The translations under genes were made by a program, and so were the position numbers. A stretch of 52,433 bases of DNA, taken from NCBI GenBank assembly GCA_002104905.1, contig MCFE01000618.1, positions 1 through 52,433 on the forward strand. Reading direction: 5' to 3'. The first letter of the stretch is position 1; the number at the start of each line of letters is the position of its first letter. The stretch comes from Basidiobolus meristosporus CBS 931.73 (lineage: Eukaryota > Fungi > Basidiobolomycota). This document shows positions 22,601-35,099 of the stretch, piece after piece. The notes beneath the pieces are model-generated. The model was not told the DNA's origin, searched no databases, and was given only the letters and a program-made list of their open reading frames with translations.

Positions 22601-24631
22601 TTGAAGAAGCTAAGAGAGAACAAGCTTTATGGCAAGCTATCCAAGTGTGAATTCTTCAAGGAACATGTAGAATATCTGGGGCACATAGTGACTAGCACAG
22701 GAGTAACTGTAGACCCCAAGAAGGTGTAAGTAATCAAGAATTTGAAGCAGCCCCATAGCATATCAGAACTCAGATCATTCCTTGGAATGGTTTCCTATTA
22801 TTGGAGATTGGTCAAGTCTTTTGCAAGTTTTGCAGCCGCTTTAACTGATATCCTCAAGAAGGACAATACCTACAAGTGGGACATAGCTTGTGAGACTGCC
22901 TTCCAGAAGCTCAAGAATGAACTTGCTAAGCTGCCAAGCCTAAGAATATCAGACTTCAGAAAAGAGTTCACTCTGTGCACAGATGCTTCAGATTATGCAA
23001 TTGGTGGAGTGCTGAGCCAAGAACACAAGGGAAAGGACTACCCTGTTGCCTTTGAATGCAAGAAACTGAACTCAGCAGAACAAAACTATCCAGTGCATGA
23101 GAAGGAGATGCTTGCTATAATACACTGTTTGAAGACATGGGGATGCTATATTGAAGGAGTCAAATGCACTGTGAAGACTGATCATGCCTCCCTCAAGTAT
23201 ATATTTACTCAGAAGGTGCTCTCTAGAAGAATGACAAGATGGAGTGAATACATTCAGCAATTTGACCGGGAGATTGTCTACTGTCATGGAAAAAACAACA
23301 CAGTTGCTGATGCCTTATCAAGATTAGATGAAGTTGCACAACTCAACTTGGTGCTTGAATCAGATTGGCCTAGCCTATTACCAAAGTACTTGGAGGACCA
23401 AGCCATTCCTAATGAGGTGGATGAAGATATCAGGAAGATAATCCGTGATGAAGCCAGCAAATTTGTTGTACAGGATGAAACACTCTACCAAATTGTTGAT
23501 GGAAGCCCTATTGCCTATTGTCCTTATGTTGCTTGCCTGGATTTAATACATAAGCTACACAATGGATATGGACATCTTGGGATTGAAGGAACCTATAGCC
23601 TTGTGAAAGCCAGAGCATGGTGGCCCAGAATGCAACAAGATATTGAGAAGCTAGTGAAAACATGCCCAAACTGCCAAATCAATCAAGGCCAGCCACAAAG
23701 AATTGCCAAACTACTCCCTTTGGAGCCTGTAAGACCATTTGAGAGATGGGGAATTGAATTTATTGGAAGACTGCCAACTATCAGGGAATGCAACCATTGG
23801 ATCCTAGTAGCAATTAATCATGCCACTAAATGGCCAGTTGCTAAAGCTGTACCAATAGCCAGTGAACAAGAAGTTGCAAGTTTCATTTGCCATGAGATCC
23901 TGATGAAGTTTGGATGCCCTGTGGAGATCTTATCTGATAGAGGAGCAAACTTTATGGCAAAGACATTAGAGGCTTACCTGGAAATGCAGCAGATCAGACA
24001 CTTGAAAACCTTGGCATATCACCCCAGAGCTAATGGAGTCACTGAGCGGTTTAATGGATTATTTGGAAAAATGCTGACCAAGTATGCAAATGGAGTTGTC
24101 AGTAGATGAGATGAGTATATAGACCAAGCACTCTTTGCATGCAGAGTCAGAGTACACAACACCACCCAGTGATCACCATTTTACTTAGTGTATGGATGTG
24201 AACCAAGGATTCCAGGAGATCTCACACAACCCAAGCTTACAGATGCCTTAGAAGATGAACTTAGTCAGCCAAGTAGATACCAGCAACAGGAACAAAGATG
24301 TCAAGAGGCACAGACCAAAGTATCTCAAAGTGCAGAAAAGATGAAGCAGAGATTTGATAAGACTATAGCACCAGAAGCATTGACAGTTGGGAACTTTGTA
24401 TTGCTAAGAAACAACACTCGGAAGAAGTTTGAGCCACAATGGACAGGACCATTCAAGAGCATCAGAGAATGTCCATTTGCAACTTACCAACTGGTGGACA
24501 AACAAGGTAATATCCGGGAAGACTTAGTGCATAAGGACAGACTCAAGCTTGTAAGACTTGCTGATAATACTGATCCATCAAGGTATTGGTATCACAAGAA
24601 AAGAGATTCAGGAGAACCCTCTCAACTTTAG
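19690..24631 (+). pseudogene. gag-pol: Gypsy A1 gag-pol single ORF (six stops plus a solo-LTR insertion)
   Basis: Gag (LGTWLFQIEEAF; CFNCHQQGHIAKYC knuckle), PR (IMIDSGA), RT (YLDD), RH (TDASDYAIGGVL), IN (HNGYGH..CPNC, SDRG, VTERFN, QWTGPF). All fragments share one frame once the 808-bp insertion is removed. Confidence 0.95.
20138..20941 (+). mobile_element. Solo LTR, family B-related subfamily (804 bp), inserted in A1 gag
   Basis: TGTGGT...ACCACA termini; perfect TSD ACGG (20134-20137/20942-20945); removal restores GGA ACG GTA CAA, as in copy A2; shares internal blocks with the 1071-bp LTR-B. Confidence 0.95.
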
Positions 24632-27507
24632 TAGAGGAGAATGTTATGATCTGCCGCTTGAATGTTTAAGTTAGATCAGTTTTTAGTCAAATCAATTAGT
24701 ATATGTTTAGGTTATCAGTACATCAGTATTATCTATGAAATCAGTAGCATTAGTCAGCAAATGAATCAGCAGATCCTTATCAGACAGAAATAGACATATT
24801 AAGTAGGATCTTATTGGGTGATAATGATGCAATCAAATGAGTCATCAGCCACATCCTACACTAGGAAATACAATTAGTCAGCAATTGATCTGGCAAAATG
24901 TATATAAGGAGCTGCTGGAACCTCAATAAAAATCAGTTCAAGTTTTAGTGAATACAATACTAGCTAAACTCCCTATTCCTCTACAACTCTTATACCAAGA
25001 CTTGTAACAGATCTGCCCTGATCTGGAGCATAAAGGCTTATGTTCTGTACATGGCTGGATAAGGTCAGCATCATCTTCATCGGTGTTGATGGCATCATCA
25101 GGCAGCTGGCCTATAGTTTCAGCGGCTTTCTGATCTGAATTCATCTTAAATACAACAATGCTGCTTGTGATCAGCTTCAGATTTTAGCCATCATACACTC
25201 TATACCGTTTAGCATTCTCACAGTACCTAAGAAAGATCTCTTTTCTACTCTTTAGCTCTACATTGAGATATCTTTGTCAAGGATGTGATGAAAACATCAC
25301 ATACAAAAATTCTAAGATGCTAGAGGACTGACTTGTTGCCCGTATATGCTTCAGAGGGTGCAGAATCACATAGTGCTGGTGTTGGGCATACATACTGGAT
25401 GTATATTATGGTAGCAACTAATTCAGTCCAAAACATGCAGTCCATTCTTATATCATATAGCATAGATATTCCTCTCCTTACTATTGTTCTATTTGCACAT
25501 TGTGCTATTGTATTTTGCTGTGAAGTATGTGGAACAGTGGTCTATTGAAGTATACTGGCAGATGAGCAGCATTTGGCAAACTCCCTTGAGCTATTTTCTC
25601 TTCTTTGTCACTTCAAAGTAACATCTTTTTCACCCAGTTTGCACTTCTGCCATGTTCTTGAAGTGCTCAAGTGCTGCTAAAGACTAATCATTTGTCTTGA
25701 GGAGCTAGACACTTGTAAAGCTTGCCTTGTCATGAATGTACATCATATGGTATCTCTTTGCTTCAGTGGACTGTATTTTCATGAGCCCACATATGTCTGA
25801 GCACAGAATAGCCAATTATGGTGATATTAGTGCCTCCTGGGCTCCTGTAATGTTGCCTAGCTTGTTTGCCATATGAGTATCCCTTATAGACACTTAGTTC
25901 AAACAGAATTGAGTAATATAGGCCCAAAGCAAGCTGATTTTTCCTTGAGTCACTCATTTTCAGCTCCCCAATGTCCCCTAGCTTCCAATGCCACATTTCA
26001 AAATGAGTTTCATCAGTGTCTACATTGTTGACATACTCAGGTAAAATACTTTTGCACTATAACTTGTATACATTGTAATCTATGATTTCCAAAGCTGATA
26101 TTTGGCCATTTTTACTCAATATCAAACAGTCCAGCTTAGGAAAGACAAATTTCAGGCTCCGAGTAGCTGCTTTACTGACTAAGAGTAGAGACTGAGCTGT
26201 TTCAGGCACATAGAGTAGATCAGTCAGTTCTGCTAGTGTAACCCCTGAGCTATCACTCATTTTTAGCTTTGTAAACCCACTAATTATAGCTTTCAGTGCA
26301 GAGTTGTCTCCCAGATAAACCGTTTTTACTGGAATAGTCTTTAAGTAGCTTAACTACTGCTTTGTATCAAGAATATGCTGTGATGATCTAGGGTTAATAT
26401 ACCATTCATTACTTTAGTTACTTTTATTCTATTGTACAGGCAAACATAACTGTTTATAAGTAGTTATATGGTTTGCCTGCTCCAGTTTCTGTTTTTTGTC
26501 TGCATGTTTCTTCTTGCACTTTGTGCCCAGTGTCATGGCTTCTTACAGCAGTTAAAGCAGACAGGTTTTCTTTGGTTTTGTTGCACTCCCTTCTCTGCTG
26601 TATGTGTTTCTGAGCTGAATGAAGCATTATCTTCAATCTTCTCTGCTTAATCATTTGGTCTGAGTTCTTCATGGAGAAGCCTTTGTTTGACTTAGTCTAA
26701 AGTCAGATTGTCTTCTCTTCATTCAAATGAAAGTATGAGTGGCTCATATTTGTCTGGTAAGTTGCAAAGTAGACCAAGTGTCTTTTCTGCATCATCTATG
26801 CCAGCATTAATACTGCAAAGTACTTCTGGAGGTGCCTCCATTTTGACAATGAGTAGTAGCAAGTCATTGTCAGGCTTCTTTAAAATGTTGAGGAACTTTT
26901 GCCTTGAATAAGCATATTTGATAAAGACTATGCATTAAGGATCATCTCTAAGGACTCCCATGCCACTTTGGCAGTATCTGAAGCATGGGCTTGTCTAATG
27001 AAGGAAGTGTGCCCATTGATACAAATTGCATAAAAGGCCTGTCCTTCCTTTCTTGAAACTTCTGCATTTCTTTGGCTGTTCCTTTGGGCTCAACTCCATT
27101 TCCTGTAACTGTATTCCAAAGCTCTTTTTCCTCAGGGTAGATCTGCATCTAGATTCTCCAAAGTCTGTAATTCCTCTTATCAGACCTCTCCTTTGGAGGG
27201 AAGTTGTTGGCATTACTCAGTTTACTGGTAGAGGTCATCTCTGGAATAGATCAAGGCAATTGGGGCTCAAAACATATTGCAATTTAAGCAATAATTGGGA
27301 AATAAGGAACTTATCAAGAAATAATGATGATAGTTGAACTGTTGTTTATTGATAAAGAAACAGAATATTTGTACATTTGTAGAGGTAATACAACTTTAGC
27401 ACCTAGTAAAGATGGCTTCCCAGCATTCAGGAGCATTTGGTAACAGTTTATGAGTTTTACATAATGTTTAGTTGAAGTGCAAATATAGTGATAACTCTAG
27501 GGGAAAA

Positions 27508-30500
27508 TATTACAATTTAAAGGTGATTTGGGTATAAGGAACTTATCTAGATATAGTGATAATAGTTCAACTATTGTTTATGAATAAAGAAGCTCAGTAT
27601 TTATACATTTGTAGAAGTAATACAGCTGTAAAACTATGTAAGGAGGGTTTCTCAATACTCAGGAGCATTCTGCAACCACTTCAGGGTTAGTACATAATGC
27701 TTAGTAATAGGGCTAATTTGATCCTCACTATAAGGGAATAATTAAAAGATCATATATCTGAAGAAAGTACCAAAGTCAGAGCTGTAAATTAGTACCACAG
27801 TGATCAAGACTAGTCCAGAATTGTTAAGTAAGTTTTTAGCTGTAGAATGATACCAAATAGTCCAATATTTCAACACTTGCCCACAACTGAATAATTTCTT
27901 AATCCTAATTCCTGCCTGAGATTCTGATATTATGGCCTAGCTAGTGGTTTTGCCAATATATCTGCTACCATTTTGTTAGTAGGGCAGTACACTAACTCTA
28001 CTAAGTTATCTTCTACAGCTTCCCTCACAAAGTGATGCTGTATATCAATGTGCTGAGGTCTGGCATGATTAGTAGGATCTTTAGCTACTGAAGTACAACT
28101 TTGATTATCCTTGTAAATACATATTGGCCCAGCTCAATTAAAAACTAAGTCTTTGAATAATTTTGTAGCCATATAGCCTTCTTAGTTGCTTAGCTTGCAG
28201 CCATATATTCTGCTTCAGTTGTAGATAGGGCCACAATTGTTTGTTTCTTGCAATACCAAGTAGTAGCTGCACCCAAATAAAGAAACACATTTACTGTGGT
28301 AGAGCATCTCTCAATCAGATCCCTACCCCAATCTGAATCACTATAATCATCAGGTTTTTGCCTTTTAGATGTTCCAGAGTATTCCAGTACCATATTTTTG
28401 ATACCTTGTAGATATCTGAAAATCCATTTAACTGCTGCAATTTGATCTGATCAATAATTCTGCAGGTGTTGACTGACTATTCCAACTGCCACTGCAATAT
28501 CTGGATGTGTAGGTACCATCAAGGACATAAGGCTACCAACCATTGATTCATAGGCAAAGTTTTGGTCTATGTTTAAGCTGCTTTCATCTATAACTAGCTG
28601 AGATTTGCTTAATTTCAGGTTATTGTCCATAGGGGTAGCTACAGGTATACAATTTTCCATTTGGAAGTGTTTAAGAGTGTCCCTGAAGTACTTAGACTGA
28701 TTGAGCACTTTTTTGCGTAGGTATGTCAAATTTGACTACAATTCTAAGAAAATAGCTCAATTATCCAAGATCTTTCATCTCAAACTTGCTGAAGAGATCT
28801 GAATTTGTCTGCTTAAGTGCCTCATGGTCATTTGTAGCTATAATTAGGTTGTCCACATAAAGAACTAGGATGGTCACACCCTTTTTGAGCAGCTTCATAT
28901 ATATACTCTGATCTGCAGTGCTACAAGAGAACCCAGTTTCCTCTAGATATGTGTAAATCTTGTTATACCATGCTCTAGGTGCCTGCGTAAGCCCATAGAA
29001 CAATTTCCTAAGTTTGCGCACCTTATGGGGGGCTTTTGCATTGGTAAAGCCTTCTGATTGCTCCATATATATAGTTTCTTTCAAATCCACATTTAGAAAG
29101 GCTGTTTTGACATGCATTTGGTGTAGATCTAGACTGTATACAGCTGCCAGGGCTAGAACTGTCCTAATGGAGTTAAACTTGGCAACCAGAGCAAATGTTT
29201 CCTTAAAGTCTAGTCCCTGGATCTAGGAATAGCCTTTGGCTGCTAATCTAGCCTTGTACTAATTGGTGGCACCATTTGAGGTTATCTTGATCTTGCAGAC
29301 CTATCAACATCCTATTGGCTTTCTCCCATTTGGTAAATCCACCAGTTCCCATGTTTTTGCTCTGAACCGGGATTGGTACTCCTCCTGCATAGTTTGTTGC
29401 CACATAGTAACTTCTGGACTTTGCATTGCCTGTTCCAGATTCTGAGGTTTAGCACAAAAGGCAAGATAAGCTTCTTCATGATCATTGGACGTCAGCTACC
29501 TGGATCCAGGGGCATTTCTTACATGGGTAGATCTCCTAACCGGGATAATATATTCTGATCTGGACCTGGTAGAATTATCATCTGTATCTGGCTGCATTAG
29601 GTAATATCTTCTTCAATGGTATTGATTGCATCATCAGGTAGCTGGCCAATGATTTCAGTGGCTTTGTGATCCAAATCATCCTCAAATATAACATCCCTGC
29701 TCTTGATCAGCTTCAGAACTTAGCCATCATACACTCTTTACCCTTTAGTATCTACACAATACCCAAGAAAGATCCCTTTCCTACTCTTTAGTTCAAACTT
29801 AGAGCGTTTTTTGTCAGGGATGTGATAATAAACATCACTGCCAAAGATCTTGAGGTGCCGGAAATGTGGTTTTTTGCCTGTATACACTTCAAAGAGTGTA
29901 AAATCATGTAGTACTGTTATTAGGTATCTGTTCTTGACGTATACCACAGTAGTAACAGATTCAGCCCAAGACTTGTAGTCTATTTCCTTGTCATGTGGCA
30001 TAGATTTTCCTATCTCTACAATTGTTCTATTTGCATGTTCTGCTACTCCATTTTGCTGTGGAGTATGAGGAACTTAGGTCTATTGAAGTGTAGCAGTAGA
30101 TGAGCATATTTTTGCAAATTCCTGAGAACTGTGTTCTCCTCCATTGTCAGTATGTAGTACCTTCAATTTTCACCCTGTCTGAGTTTCTGCCATGTTCTTG
30201 AAGTGTTTAAATGTCTCTAGAGCATCATGCTTTGCTTTGAGGAAGTACACCCATGTATATCTTGTTTTGTCAACAATAAATGTCATAAAGTATCTCTTGG
30301 CTCCAAAGGAGAGTGTTCTCATGGGGTCACATATGTCTGAGTGTACAATTGCCAATACTTTGATGGTATTGATGCCTTCTGAGCTCTTGAGTTGTTGCCA
30401 GCTTGTTTTCCATATGAACATCCCTTACAAGCATTCAATTGGATTGGAATTGAGTGTTTTAGGCCCAAAACAAGCTGATTTTTCACCAATTGGCTCATTT

Positions 30501-31700
30501 TCTGCTCCCCACTGTGTCCTAGCCTTCTATGCCACGTCCCCCAGCTGGTTTTATCCTGTTCTAGTTTCTGTTTGTCATCTGCTTGTTTCTTCTTGCATTC
30601 TCTTTCCCATTGTCCTGGCTTTTTACAGTAGTTACAGCAACCAGGTTTTCTTGGGTTTTGTTGCTTTCCCTTCTTTTATGAGTACCGTTCTGAACTGAAT
30701 AAAGCATTATCTTCAATATTCTCTGCTTGATCACTACGTCTGAGTTCTTCATGGAGAAGTCTTCCTAGGACATAATCTAAAGTCAAGTTGTCTTCTCTGC
30801 TTTCAAAAGATATATGAGTGGTTTATACTTGTCTGGTAGGCTGCAAAGTAGACAGTGTATCTTTTCTTCATCATCTACACTAGCTTCAATACTGAAAAGT
30901 TCTTCTCCAAGTGTCTCCATTCTGGTAATTAGCTGTAGCATGTCAGCATCTGGCTTCTTCCTCATGTTAAAGAACTTTTGTCTTAAATAAAGATTGCTAG
31001 ATACTGACTTTGCTCTAAAGATACTCTCTAAAGATTCCCATGCTGCATTGGCAGTATTTGAGGTACAGATTTGTCCAATTAAGAAATCTTGCACCTTGAT
31101 ACATATGGCATTAAAGGTCTTTCTCTCCTTCTGTTGAAACTTCTCTACTACTTCTGCTGTTTGTTTGGGCTCAACTTCTTTTCCTGTTTCTGAAGTCCAG
31201 AGCTTCCTTTCCTCAAGGTGGATCTGCATCTTGATTCACCAATGTCTGAAGTACTTCCCGTCAAGCCTCTCCCTTACAGGGAAGATGTTTGTGTTGTTCT
31301 GTTTGCTGGTAGAAGTCGTCTTTAAAATAGATTAAGGCAATTGGGGCTCATAAGCAGTTGCAATTTAAGAACTGATATGTATATAAGGAACTTATCAAGA
31401 TATAGTGATAATAGTTGAACTGTTTTTTATCAATAAAGAAGCTTAGTATTTATGCCTTTATAGAAGTAATACAGCTGTAACACTAAATAAGGAGGGTTTT
31501 GCAATATTTGGGGGCATTCTGTAACAATTTCAGAATTAATACACAATGCTTAGTAATAGGGCTAATTTGATCCTGACCATAAGGGAATAATCATAAGATC
31601 ACATATCTGAAGAAAGTACCAAAGTTAGACCAACACTAGTCCAGAATTATGAAGCAAATTTTTAGCTGCAGAACAATACCAAATAGTCCAACATTTCACA
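27508..31700 (-). mobile_element. Ty1/copia element 2 (4.2 kb, protease region deleted), inserted in the 5' LTR of copia-1
   Basis: LTRs 27508-27875 and 31356-31700; 5-bp TSD GAAAA (27503-27507/31701-31705); PBS GCTTATGAGCCCC (31343-31355, -); gag 30783-31229 (UBN2-like), IN (VHSDICDP, YTPQQNG), RT (MHVKTAFLN, LVLYVDN), RH (LSTTEAEY). Confidence 0.93.
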
Positions 31701-31839
31701 GAAAATCAAAGAATCATAGATCTGAGCAAAGCAGCAAAGTATGGGCTGTAAAGTAGTCCTACAATAACCAAGACTAGTCCAGAGTTATTGAGTAAACTTT
31801 TAGCTGCTGAATGATACCAAGTTGTCCAATATTTCATAA

Positions 31840-33150
31840 GCAGCCTTGCAGTGGTGGGGATTTTTGATGTGAATGCCATACAACTAATGAAGCATGCTGG
31901 TATCATAATAGTCTCTTAGCATATGTTGCCAGCTGTGTAATAGATTTCCATTTGTACCATGTACATGGTAAGGGATCCCAAAATGATTTTGGCATGATGA
32001 AGCAGTATATCTCCACATCTCCCATTTCTGAAATTAGTGAAAATGTATTATTTCTTGGGCCATAACATGACATTGCTAAACAATAAATGAGCTACTATGC
32101 TTACTTAGCTCTGCAAAGTATCTGCAGCATTCTTTTCCACAAATGTTTTATAGTGTATAGGGCTTTTGCCAGGTTCTTGCAGTGTATTGTTGTGAGAGGA
32201 TATAGGCTTAATATCCATCAGTGAGCCCTCATTTTCAGAGCTATCTCTTTGCATGCCACAGACAGAAAGTTAAAATGAAACACAAGGCATCACAAGCTCA
32301 CATGAATCAGCTTGTGTCAAGTACAGGAACAGCCAGGTGTGTTATAAATATATCAGTTGACTGGCTAAGTATTATTTGCGCAATGGTAACTAATAAATAT
32401 GAAGATATGACTTGTGTGGTAGAACACTGGCTCTGATATTTGTAATACTGCCTAATCTTTTGCATGCATCAGGGCAAGGTAGCTTGTCATAATATCCAAA
32501 TGGCTCTTTTCCCTTCTCTTATGGCATTGAAGTAAAGTAGTCTTGTCCATAGGGTAAGCTGCACAAAACTCAACACCAAACACAAAGATAAAACTTCTTT
32601 GTCAACAGGCATGTTATTTCAAGGCAGAGTTATATTTGTGACATTGCAGATTCATGAAAGTTTGATTCAAAAATGGCATATTAAGAATTACAAATAATGC
32701 TTTGGCAGCACATACATATGTTTATGCATAAATATCTGCCCTTTGGTTTGACTGACTTCCATATATGCTGCTAAAAAGGAAAAAAAAGTTGTCTGGTTCA
32801 CAAAAAAGCCTCTTTACCAACAGCAGCAGAATATTGCGGCTGGCATACTATGGGACTGTCAGGAATTCAAGGACAAGCAGAATGTACTTGATCTGCTCCA
32901 TGAGCATATCCTGTATTTTAGCAGGCAAATGGTGTATGGCCCAATACTGGTATGCTAAGGAGGTGTCTCCAAAATAGCAGAAATAGCAAATGCAGAGGAA
33001 CAGGGGTGTCACAGCAAAGATCTAGCAGCTTCTTCAAGAGCTTGTTACATGCTTGGCAGAAGGTCCAAAACAAGTGGCACAGAAATGTCAGATAGTCAGT
33101 AGAGTGCCTTTAAGGAACTAGTAGGCAGAAAGAGATGGAACAATGTAGTA
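31840..33150. mobile_element. CACTA copy 3, right part (transposase N-terminus on -, ORF2 C-terminus on +)
   Basis: 31850-32760 is collinear with 46740-47640; 32830-33130 encodes AGILWDCQEFKDKQNVLDLLHEH, matching 48440-48750. Confidence 0.8.
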
Positions 33151-33837
33151 CCTGTGCAGGAAAAAACATAGTTTAATGTACAAGGCACTCAAGCAAAGTA
33201 GTAGCGAAGGATCTGGCAGTGATAAAAACATGTGTCTTTCACTGGAGTCTGTCATATTCATGGCTCAGAGCTTAAAAGAAGCAGAAAAGCAACATTAGCC
33301 TGCTGTGGAGTGCCTGTATAGGGCAGATAGGCAAAAATGGGTGCACCAGTGCTGTGTTTACTACAGAGAGAATGTAGTACAACATGAAGCACTTGGACAA
33401 AGTATAGTTAAGGACTTGGCAGCAACAGAGGCAAACACAAAGAGATAAAAGTGTATCTAAGCTAAAAGCAGGAGTACATAACAAAAAACTGTAGTTCTTA
33501 CTAGTTGACACTGTCAGCCCAAAACAAGTTGAATCTCATAGTAGTCAAGAAGGATTGCCAACATGACAACAGCTGTTTTTTAATGAGAGGGTAGTGCAGT
33601 CAGTTGAGATACCCTATAGTGTGGTAGAAGAGTTTGCACAGAAAGGCAGTTGGTGTATTACAGCCCCCATGTCATTTATTATAGACATGGTGTAGATTGC
33701 ACTGACAGACAAAGTAACAACAACAAGATATCAAAAGACCATCACATAGCCTACAGTAGCATTTGCAGCACATAAAGGCACACCATGAGGGTGCAGCACT
33801 TCTCCATGAGCAATGCTCAAGAAAAAGTCTTCAGTAA

Positions 33838-34080
33838 TTTAAATCTTATTGCTCCCATGCACTCCTGGCCAAAGAACATGAGTTATGGGAACCAGTGAAT
33901 GAACACTGGCATAAAGCCATAGGGTTCCCAATGAAGTCTTTGAAGAAGGGCATTACAGCAGAAACACTTATCAAGTGATGAAATTCAATGAAGTTACTTG
34001 TTGAAAGTAGGGCTAGGCTCAATGTTAGTGTTGGGTATGGGGACTTGTATAGGTTGATAAAACTGGCCAGTGTGTGACAA
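33838..34080 (+). pseudogene. Fragment of an unidentified conserved ORF (paralogue at 37999-38200, -)
   Basis: HALLAKEHELWEPVNE..KAIGFPMK..MKLLVESRARLNVSVGYGDLYR vs HSVLAEDQFIWDLASE..KALEFLLK..LELLARCKVGLNISAGYRDLFR. Confidence 0.5.
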
Positions 34081-35099
34081 TCAAAGTATCATCAGAGATA
34101 CACAAATTTGCTTCCATGAAAAGTAAGAGCATCAATGGAGTCAGGAAGTCTGGAGTATGAGAACAGGCAATAGCTAATCAACATACACAAATGTTAGAGG
34201 TAAGTTAGTATTTACAACTTGAGAGTGAAAGAATTGATGGAGAACCAAATTAGGCCCATTATGTATTGTGACAAAGTACTTCAGCTGATCTTTTCATGCA
34301 ATTTTAGTTACTGTTTTGGAAAATAGTCTTTACAGTTTTCTTGTAGGATCATACTGCTGAGTCACTGGACTTTATTACTGTGACAGCCACTTGATGACAT
34401 TATCATATTTATTTCTCACAGAGAAATTTCCTCTCTCTGCATACCCCTCTGCCTCACTAGAGTGTGATCAGCAGCTGCACTTCCAGCTCTTAGAAAAACA
34501 ACTGTTATCTTGATGGAAACTCTTCTTGGCTATTATGAGATTCAGCTTGTTCAGAGCCTATAAAATGATTGATAAGAACTACAGCTTATCTTTTATGCTT
34601 TTCTCTCTCTAGCTTGGGTAGACTCTCTGTCCTTTACCTACATGATGAGGTATTTTGTCACATAGGTAGTTCCAATCTGAATCAGCCTTGAAGATCTCAT
34701 AATGAGGCCATCAGAATGATAGAAGCTTGGAACCATTGACCCACTTTACAATCTTATGAAGGGGCTGTGATAGAGCTTTGTGGACTCTACTACTGAATTG
34801 GTAAGTAAACTTGAGGGTATTTAGGCAGTCCTATGACAGGATTTAAATAGCATCCTGGTGGTCTTATTGTGGTTTACACTTAATTAAGTTGACTCAACCA
34901 TCCAGTACAAGTAAATGCCATATACATTAAAAATGTGACAGCACTTTTACAGCCTTGATGTACACACCTGTAGGCATTATGACTGCAGCTCAGCAGACCA
35001 CAGCTAGTACAATTATGATATGATGCTTTAATTTCCATCAGGTTCTTGTAATATCCATTAGGTTTATTTAAGCCTTTCAATAGAGCAGTATTGTCTACC

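Larger units (their letters stand above)
19264..25009 (+). mobile_element. Full-length Ty3/gypsy family A, copy 1
   Basis: 368-bp LTRs 19264-19631 and 24642-25009 (TGTTATG...GTAACA, 10 differences); 4-bp TSD GATC (19260-19263/25010-25013); PBS TGGTAGCAG at 19633; PPT AGTAGAGGAGAA 24630-24641. Confidence 0.97.
17537..31839 (-). mobile_element. Ty1/copia element 1 (degenerate), containing gypsy A1 and copia-2
   Basis: 3' LTR 17537-17906 after PPT GTTGAGGAGGAG; RT/RNase H 17927-19260 (TKHIDIQYHFVRE, VADILT); integrase/protease/gag 25014-27240; degenerate PBS TGTTTTGAGCCCC (27262-27274, -); 5' LTR split into 27275-27507 and 31706-31839. Confidence 0.9.

Noticed and set aside
27508-27875. Copia LTR has the same 368-bp length as gypsy LTR-A
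   Set aside because: No sequence similarity, and the other copia LTRs differ in length; coincidence.
33880-33935. PVNEHW resembling the ULP1 protease catalytic His motif carried by some CACTAs
   Set aside because: The paralogue at 38.1 kb lacks HW, and no downstream D or QxxxxDC motif is visible.
33200-34080. KDZ/Zisupton transposase-like or aspartic-protease-like motifs in other frames
   Set aside because: Only scattered 2-3 residue matches; part of the apparent signal is the antisense of ORF2 or of the conserved + frame.
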